Shown here: positions 54,831 to 64,000 of the stretch, one piece after another | How positions within the stretch are numbered: the stretch's first letter is position 1 | Layout of the letters: each line of letters begins with the position of its first letter | Assembly (NCBI RefSeq): GCF_006345805.1 | Contig: NC_042997.1 | Location: forward strand, 141,360,001-141,424,000 | Reading direction: 5' to 3' | DNA from: Octopus sinensis | Lineage: Eukaryota | Length of the DNA: 64,000 nt | Made by a program: the position numbers and the translations under genes | The notes under the pieces: model-generated | Seen by the model: the letters and a program-made list of their open reading frames with translations, nothing else | Database searches by the model: none | Told to the model about the DNA's origin: nothing

Positions 54831-56182
54831 AAAATCACAGAGTAGGTGCAGGACAGAGTATGAGAAATAGTAGTATAGGTGAAGTATAAGAGAGGAGAGA
54901 AAAGAGTAATTCAGTGAAGGAGAAGTAGTGAGAGTAATACCCCTGACTGAAAGAGAGTGAGAGAAAGTAACACACAATAGAGAAAGGAGGGGGTGATAGA
55001 TGAATAAGGAAGGAAATGGTGAAAAAATAGGCGTTTCAGTTCTGTGTGAGTATACGTGTGTATGTGTGTGGTTATACAAGGGAAGTATGTGAAAGTTTGT
55101 ATGCGTGATCATTATGTACCTTATTTTGTAACTTATTTATATATAAAATACTACAATTTTCGACGACACAGGGTCATCTAGAAAAAATATATATGTATAT
55201 ATATTCAAGTATATATATATATATGTACACCTATATACACTTATATATACCTGTGTGTGTGTCTGTGTGTGTGTGTGTGTGTAAGCATAAATATCATTCG
55301 ATGGTTTAGAGAGGAGCCTCAACTTCAAATTTAACCATATGTCGCACTAAGCTGGGGATTTTGTATTGTGCCATTTTTGACGCTGTTTTCAGAAATCCTA
55401 TTCTTTTGCGAGGTATGATAGCATTAAAACTAATTTAAACATTATTCCCTTTCTGATTTGACCACTTCTTATTCCATTTGTTTTTTTCTATAGCGCCAAT
55501 TTTGACTAGATTAATTTCATTGATATTTTTAAAGAAACATTCGCTGTATTTAAATTGACTTTTAAAATATCAGAGATACAGTGATATAAAGACGATATCA
55601 GTCATTACCCCCTTTCCGATTTATCGACATTTTACATCATAAGTTGTTTTACTGCTGCACCAGTTTTGACGTGGTTTACGGAATTAGATTCCTTTCATTG
55701 CCTTTCCTTTAAAATAAAGATAGGAATAAAAAAGAGAAATTATATTGCTTAGTAATTACATCAAGGTATTTGTCTCGCATTTTTGAACACTTATTTTTAT
55801 CGTACTTTTCCTACTGAACCAATTTCCTTTTGTAATATCTCAAAATGTAACAAAACCAGTTCCTTTTCAATGGACTAAACCGCATCCGATTTAGTCAAAA
55901 GTTTCATTAGCTAGAGGGCGTAGAAGTGGACGCGAACAAGTAAATGTTCACCTTGACAGTATTACTCGTCCACTGCTGTGTGTGAATGATGCATATATGT
56001 ATATATGTATGTAAGCATGCATGCATGTATGTATGTATGTATGTATGTATATATGCATGTATGCATCTATCTATCTATGTATCCATGTATGCATCATGTA
56101 TTATAAATTATCCCAAAATTATTGATATATTAATTGATATATACACTTGCATGTACTTTTATACACACACAAACACACACAA

Positions 56183-56219
<37 letters not shown>

Positions 56220-56237
56220 ATATATATATATATATAT

Positions 56238-56272
<35 letters not shown>

Positions 56273-57239
56273 GTGGATACGTGTGAATGTGTATGTACAT
56301 AAATATTAGCCCATACGAATACTGGCAGCTAAAAGCAATATCGCTGAATAAATGTGTTGAAATATTAACGTTGAAATTGCTGCTGAAGATTTCCCTTTGA
56401 ACCTGATGAAAAGTGCAGATATAGAAAAATTGTGAGAATAAGCTCGGTTCAGCTATTTGATTCTATTCCACTGATCTGTGCAATTTCTTCTTTCTTTTGT
56501 CACTTCATATTTAGTACAGATACGGTATTGATGGATGCTTTTCAAGTGTGAATAATCCAAGATGAAAGTACCTTTAAATCAGTCTTTACTAAAAGTTCTT
56601 CTGACATCTCCTCGCAGAATTGTAGAAATAGTTGTTTATAAGATTATTTATAGAAGCTGTAGCAGTAGTACTTTCATCAGAATCTCACATACATTCAATA
56701 AGCATTTTTTCCCGTCACTAAATTCTTCCGAGAATTTATAATACAGCGTTATTTACATTAAATTAGCACAGCATTCCAAATTGAAAATAGTAACTACTTA
56801 CCTTGAATATTGCTCGAAAAACAGATCGAAATTCCAGTATATTATAAATATAATAATGCAATACAAACCCTTTAAGTGCAACCATTTCTTTTAGTAAATA
56901 TTTTAATCCGAATAGAATGATACAAATTTTCGTAGTAAAACAGCACAAGTTGTACTCCCCCGTGCAATTTTTTTCTCATTTTTAATCTATTTTTATCTAT
57001 CATGTCGAACATATAAACTACATAATTCTGATTAGTCGCAAGGGTAGACATTGTAACACTTTTTTACATCTCCAAATCCTATATTAACCTTTTTCCCCTG
57101 TTGTTTAATCATGTTTCTCGGAAAAATTTACTGACGGGAAAAAATGCTAAAAGTCTACCGATTTGATTCAGAGATATTGGCCTCAGAAGTGCTCGTTTCG
57201 ACTCCAAAATAACTGGTTTTGAATCTTTGTTTATTGATA

Positions 57240-57830
57240 TAAACTCCTCTGAGAGAGAAAAATTAGGAATTGATTAGAGGTCTTAGTCTTTCAGAGAAGA
57301 GCAGAATCCACCGGACTGAACTAAAACCCCAGATAAGGATTGAGAATTTCTAGGCATGAATATGATTTTAAGTGAATTTCAACGTGGCGAAGGGGAATAA
57401 CGTAATTCATTATGGCTAATTTGATAACCTAGAATACAAATATATTTTTGTGGAAAACTTACGTTTATTGTAATTCAGTATCATGTTAGATTTCCGAGCA
57501 GTATCTAAGAACTTAGATTGATTTTTGTTATGTTTGTCTTTTGCCATACTACATACAGTGGAGTTATCTAAATAGATATACGTGACTTTGAACTCGTACG
57601 CACAAATAAGACTGCTTGTAAATCGCTGCAAACATGCACTACTGTTTGTAAGACTTAAACTAAGACTTTATAACAGAAACAGTTTACTGGCGGTTTCAAA
57701 AGTGTTCAATATTTTATCATTGGAATGCAACACCTCAGAAGCTTTCGGTACCACAATCTGTTATCAAGTCGCAGTCTGCTTAAATTTCTTAAACAATCCG
57801 GTAACATCGAGAAGTATAACTCGAGATAAA
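57240..57830 (-). pseudogene. Gypsy/Ty3 LTR-retrotransposon RT fragment
   Basis: DKILNTFETASKLF..LTNSSACLQR..TYIYLDNSTVC..HNKNQSKFLDTARKSNMILN..RWILLFSERLRPL (decayed YLDD). Confidence 0.75.
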
Positions 57831-59177
57831 ACTTAACACAAAAGTATTTATGGTAGGAATATCTTGTAGTAATTGCTGAATCTCGTGGGAATTCAATATC
57901 TATTTCTATTATGATATAGAATTATTTACATAAAATTATTACAGCTGATATATTGTCACCAACAATAGCAACTATTCACTAAAAAGTCTTAAGGAAAAGA
58001 AAGAAAAAAACTCTGCAGTCCTGTGAGAAAACCCATCATAACACTTGAATTATTTTAGCGCATTCTTCTTCAAACTGTTTTTTATATATCTATAATTTTC
58101 TTCTCTCCCACTTTTCTGGTTTTTTTCCTTTAGTTTTCTATCTTCTCTTTACATCACTCTGTTTCTCTGTCTATATTTGTCACACATATTTCTAAACAAA
58201 GTTTTAGTTTTCAGTTGCAGGTTTATCATAATTAGCGGTGAAGGTATAGTGCACTTCAAGAAAATGTTTTCTTCGGTGATTCATTCTGGTTTCAACGAAT
58301 GACACAAAACTGATTGACATCTTTGTGAGATGCTGATGAAGCTGAAAATGCCAATAGCAACACGCTACGCCAGAGTTCAAGACCTACCTCTGAGGTTTGT
58401 TGCTACGGCCATAACGAGTCAGTTCACTGTTAGTTCTATTTTCAATCACCCTCTGTGTAAGAAATGTATTACAAATCATCAATTAGATATTTTGTACACC
58501 TATATAGATAGTGGCCACTTTTATTATGCGATAACAATAGGCTCTCATTTATGCAATCTCCAAGCTATAGCAGGTCAGTCTGTGTCTGAGTTTAGAATAA
58601 ATAATGCGTGACAGCATTCAACACATCACATTTTATTTGACGGAGCACTTTGATCTCCAGTCTAACTCGATAATTGCTAATTTTCTCAATCGCCAGCGGG
58701 TGTGTCACACACATAATGAATGGATTTTATGACACTCTCATAACTTTAATACTGACCTCCCCTGTGAACAACGGTTGTTGGCCACCATTCCGTATATCAG
58801 GGTTTTTAATATTCGTCTGACCTTTATTCGAATAATGTATCACGTTCACCTGAACTTGCTCTTGACGATTCTATGCCACTTAAGTACGGTCGTGTTTGGT
58901 ACGCTGGCCATGGCATGCCTCAGATTTTTGGAAGTAGTTTGTTTATGGAAGTCTTGATTTATTCACTATTTGACAGTACTACGTTTAAAACTCAATACTA
59001 TGTGAAGGCATTTTTAGGACGACTCTTTTAGTATTTTTTTCTGTGAGTCAGGAGCAGCGCCTTTAACTGTTTAATTTTTCAAGTCCTCCAAAACTGAGAA
59101 AAACGTTATCCTTGAATCGAAGACCTGAGCTCAATGCACACCACAGAGTGAATTCCACTAAAGGTACTCAAAGACAA

Positions 59178-59408
59178 AGTCGGCGAGCTGGCAGAAACGT
59201 TTGCATGCCGGACGAAATCCTTAGCGGTATTTCGTCTGCCGTTACGTTCTGACTTCAAATTCCGCCGAGGTCGACTTTGCCTTTCATCCTTTCGGGGTCG
59301 ATAAATTAAGTACCAGTTACGCACTGAGGTCGATATAATCGACTTAATCCGTTTGTCTGTCCTTGTCTGTCCTCTCTGTGTTTAGCCCCTTGTGGGTAGT
59401 AAAGAAAT
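59178..59408 (+). mobile_element. SINE family B, full length, 16-bp TSD
   Basis: AGGTACTCAAAGACAA at 59162-59177 and 59409-59424; B-box-like CTTCAAATTCC. Confidence 0.92.
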
Positions 59409-60410
59409 AGGTACTCAAAGACAAGAGTCGACCGATCCAATATAGACTGATCTTCATGCTCGTGTGAATGACATGATTTGACCTGAGTATGTAGTACAGT
59501 ATTGTTACTTTTTATATCCTTACCTTGCGCTCATCTTGTATGAGAGCATTCTGCAAGAGATGTCCATGTAGCAGAAACTCACTGGACCCGACGTCAATGA
59601 CTAATTCCATACTATATATTTTCGGTTATCTTTTTTACTTTCTCAGATTAACTACCTCGGGCTTTCCCCTTCCGGATTTAACATTGTTGGATTTAAGAAT
59701 TTTTCCCTGGTGCCCTTTTTACATATACACGACATCCTCGCCCCTCAAAATACTATTTACACCAGCCGTTTCTAATTCACATCTGCACACAAAGACTTCA
59801 CAACTCTGGAAAACGTTCAAGTTCTTTTTTTTTAATCGTTACACGCTTTCAAATACGCTGCTCACATTCCACGGGTGTTCAGAATCTTAACACCACGTCC
59901 CCAACATATGTATTCACAAAACACGCATTAAACAGTCTCATAAGCATTCACGCTACTCACGTATACATTAATATGCACAATAACACCACTCTTGCATTGA
60001 CACTACTTTCGATATTTACAAATCTTTTTCTTTGAGTTTTGCTTTTATCATATTTCTTTTACTTTTTTGTCTTTCTTGTTTTGTTTTTCTTTTTCTTTTT
60101 ACTGTCACTCTTTTCTTATTTTGTACGTTCCCTGTAGAAATTCTAATATTCTTTCAAACATTTGTAAACGTATTTTCAAACTTTATTGGGTTTCATTTTT
60201 CCTTCTCTATTTTAGTGTTTATTTACATGAATACAGTGGATTTTAAGAAATAGACACTTTCTGTGCGTGCGCATGCGAGTTTGTGTTTCTGTGTATGCAG
60301 CTGTATACATACACATTGATATGGAATTAATAAGTATACACTGTATTCTTTAAAGTGCATATGAATGTATGTGTGAATGCACGTACGTATGTATGCATGT
60401 ATGTTGTTGT

Positions 60411-61050
60411 TCAGTTTTATTTCAAAATTTCTTGCCAATAGAGAAAGAAACGGTTTCTAACGTAGATCCAAGTCTCCTTCATTGGAATTTCAACATCAAT
60501 AACAAAGTGTTTTTGTTTGTACTATGTATTTATTCATGTATGTATGTATTATGTATGTATGTATGTATGTATGTATGTATGTAGTATGTATGTATGTATG
60601 TATGTATGTATATATGTATATATGTATGTATGTATGTATGTATGTGCAGATTAGTATGTTTTGCTTTATGTATGTATTCTCATGCATATAGTTCCATATC
60701 TAGACAGGCTCATATATATCTAAATGATAAATTTCTGGAAAGTTTTACAGATATCTTCAGTTCCAGTGATAGATTGAATCTGTAGTCTTCGAATTAGCTT
60801 TCTCCTTTCTGGTTTTGAGAAGCCTAATTTCTCAAGATCGGGATCTCGGTAGTGTGTTACATATTCCATGGCCCACATTATTACAGCTAAAAACGTGAAC
60901 TTGTAATCTGGATAGAGTAACTGCAGATTTCACTGATCTTCACCTTTATGTTAACATCCGCTGAACAGTTAATTTCCATAACTGTTTCACTTCTCACATC
61001 CAAATCATTTAGTCAGGTCTGTTGCGCTTACGTTTTATTGAGGGCTTCAA
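60411..61050 (-). mobile_element. R4/Dong-like RLE fragment + 3'UTR in (CATA)n
   Basis: NRPD..EINCSADVNIK..LQLLYPDYKF..ITGTEDICKTFQKFII*; homologue of 12655-13072. Confidence 0.75.
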
Positions 61051-61160
61051 ATGTATGTACGTATGTATTGTGTATGTATGTATGTATGTATGTATGTATG
61101 TATGTATGTATGTATGTATGTATGTATGTATGTATGAATGAATGTGCGTGTATGTATGTA

Positions 61161-61577
61161 AGTATCTTCTATTTTTTAGTATCAGACATCCTCCACTGAG
61201 GAGGGAGCAGGTTTCCAACGAAGATACAAGGCTCCATCTTTTGGATATAGATAACACAGACTGATTCACATTTGGAACTTGAGAAAAGTCTTGCATATTT
61301 TTACTGTTCCACTCACAGATTGCACTTGTAATGTACGAATTAGCCGGTCGATTTCTGTTTTTGAAAATCCCAGTTTATCCAGATTCTCCTTTAAACATTT
61401 ACTAACAAAACCTAGTGCTCCAATTATTTTTGGTATGAATATGAATTCGTAGTCTGGATTTAGAAGCTGGAGGTGTCGAAGCAATTGTCCATAGATATCT
61501 TCTTTTTCTTTGATTTTCAAAGAGATATTTATATCTGCAGGGCAGCTGGCCTCTATGATGGTACATACTATTACCTA
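61161..61577 (-). mobile_element. second R4/Dong-like RLE subfamily in (CATA)n
   Basis: IIEASCPADINI (frameshift) KIKEKEDIYGQLLRHLQLLNPDYEFIFIPKIIGALGFV..SVSGTVKICKTFLKFQM*; different 3'UTR; CATA arrays on both sides. Confidence 0.8.
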
Positions 61578-62372
61578 TGCATGCATGCATGCATGTATGT
61601 ATGTATGTATGTATGTATGTATGTATGTATGTATGTATGTATGTATGTATATATGTTTGTATGTATGTATGTATGTACAAATTTAGACATAATTCTGAGT
61701 ACCAATCTCTATCTATAGATTCTATACATAAAGTAAAAGCCACATGAATTCTGGTATATGTATATACGTGTGCATATAAGTGGGCATTTATTTTCAACTT
61801 CTTAATGACTTCTGCGAAAACACTTCTGTCTAGATGCATCGTCCCCTGCTATTCCTTTGAAAATCATGAGTTACGTCAAGAATGGAGATTTGGTGCATAA
61901 GCAATTGCTGTTGAATTTAAACATCTTGTGATTATATATCTGTCTGTCAATCAACAACGCAATGAATCAGTCTATAAATAAGTCAATCAATCAATCGTTC
62001 TCTCAGTATGTATGTATCTATCTACCTACCTACCTACTTACACACATACACATTTATCTATCTAACAATTTATCTATCTTATCAATCTAGCTAGCGAGCT
62101 AACTAGCTATATGAATTTCCTCACATTTTCCCGTCAACCAAATTCTTTGATAAGGAATTAGCCGGCACGTTGCACTAGCCCAAGGTGCCACGCAGTTGGA
62201 TTGGACTGAGCTCAAAGCCATGTTGTTTCAAAGTTATCTTAAGCCAATCACTATTGCACCTTTTTGTGTCCACGCACGCACCACACACATCACAGAGAAA
62301 ACAAACCGCTTACACCTATACATTGATAAATAGGTGGCTATATTTGTTCATTCGTATAAAGCGGCAGTAGGG

Positions 62373-62406
<34 letters not shown>

Positions 62407-62408
<2 letters not shown>

Positions 62409-62707
62409 TGGGTTTTACCGTTATTAGACGACCTATGAGGATTTTGTAATTATTCCTGAACAAGCACACAGCTGATTTGTTTATAGCGACGAAATGCTTG
62501 TGTTAACATTAGTTATCCCCCTCCATCAAATCGACGTTACTTGTACAGGTGCACAAGGTGCCACATGTCAGATGACGAAATGACATCAGGGCAATGTGAA
62601 ATGAAGTATTTTGCTCAAAAGCCCAACACAACGCCCGGTCTGGGAATCGAAACTACGATCACAGAATCTTAAGTGCAAGCTCTTACCACTAAGTCGCGCG
62701 CCTTCAC
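62407..62707 (-). mobile_element. tRNA-derived SINE, hybrid head + CORE-like + tail Z
   Basis: Minus strand GCGCGACTTAGTGGTAAGAGC..GTTTCGATTCCCAGACCGGGCGTTGTG..TTGAGCAAAATACTTCATTTC. Confidence 0.7.
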
Positions 62708-63287
62708 TATATATATGTGTATATATACATGCACTCACACACTTATGCACGTTTGTGTGTTAAAAATGATATACATATAAATACGTACACACACACTCAC
62801 ACACACACATATATGTATGTAAGTGTGTTCATGCATTTGTGTGTTTATATACATGTGTACATCATAATATGATAATATAAAATATTTTAATATATATGTT
62901 TAATTTTTGTTATTTATATTTCTTCATAACTGACATTGATGTAACTTTGAATATTGCTCTTCAATCGTAGGCGTGGGAGTGAGTGTGTGCATGTGCGTAA
63001 GTGTCTGTGTGTGCGCATGTAGGAGATGGAGCCAATATTTAGATATTTCATATATAAGCTTATATAAATTTATGTGTGTACACAAGTGTGTATGTGTGTG
63101 ATGTACAACTACCTTTCTTAAGTGGGTATGAAATAGTATCATGCACCATATTTTCGCTAATTGCTTTAGGCGAGTAAACGTTAATGAAATGTGAAATAAA
63201 GTGCCTTGTCTAATGACGCAAAACGTCGCCCGGAGAAAAGATTCGAACCTACACCTTAATCATTGTGATCCTCGTAAAATAACCTTA

Positions 63288-63318
<31 letters not shown>

Positions 63319-63481
63319 TACCTATACATCCACACTTATACAAATATACACGCAAACACAAACATATAGACACGAATACAATTACACACACAAGAACACA
63401 ACACATGTATACAAATAGAGAGAGGAAAAGAGAGAGGGGAAAGACAGGCAGACAGACAAACAGACAAACAGACAGACAGAT

Positions 63482-63699
<218 letters not shown>

Positions 63700-63919
63700 C
63701 TCTACAATCTCCACCTACTTTTCCGTTTTTCTTCTTATTGTTTAATAACCCTTTCGAATTCTTTCCTTTCTCTATTTATCATTAAACTAAATTGATTTCT
63801 ATTTATTTTTATATATTTCGATCTTTCTTCAAATCAATAATTCTTATTGTTTCATGTCACATTGACTCACTTTCTTTTGTTTTCCTTTCAATGTTTCTTT
63901 ATATTTCTTCATCCCATTC

Positions 63920-63981
<62 letters not shown>

Positions 63982-64000
63982 ACTCTCTCTCTCTATCTCT

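Noticed and set aside
56330-56950. Possible decayed transposase or exon with GTAAGT donor near 56800
   Set aside because: Multiple stops and no family motif I can name.
58330-58360. CTGATGA-AGCT-GAAA motif
   Set aside because: No NUH site or stem I/III pairing; same for the minus-strand motif at ~19697-19720.
58250-58960. Gypsy gag/integrase continuation of the 57.2-57.8 kb RT
   Set aside because: No convincing CCHC, HHCC or DDE motif found by eye; no LTR pair seen.
61190-61240. CTGAGGA..GAAG in R4-like 3'UTR as a ribozyme
   Set aside because: GAAA box and stems I/III not satisfied.

Overview
AT-rich eukaryotic, essentially non-genic DNA dominated by microsatellites and decayed mobile elements. 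The mix of tRNA-derived SINEs, (TA)n/(CATA)n/(GATA)n arrays, RTE, R4-like, Tc1/mariner and Helitron relics looks like a cephalopod (octopus-type) genome; this is inference. Most listed ORFs are microsatellite translations. Recognisable coding relics: an RTE LINE (EN+RT, 25.3-27.6 kb), several R4/Dong-like RLE fragments, three maT (DD37D) transposase relics, two mariner fragments, a Gypsy RT fragment and two CR1/L2-type RT fragments. No host gene could be named; one GC-rich block at 20.84-21.15 kb looks like an exon of uncertain strand. The most notable signal is a set of hammerhead-ribozyme motifs (CUGANGA...GAAA...NUH with pairable stems) from at least five sequence families, of the Penelope pseudo-LTR type. 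Several sit in long, near-perfect inverted repeats inside (TA)n arrays. One lies downstream of a tRNA-like head (possible ribozyme-bearing SINE). A second signal is R4-like retrotransposons that repeatedly occupy (CATA)n arrays. No rRNA, authentic tRNA or CRISPR array was found. All pairings and translations were done by eye.
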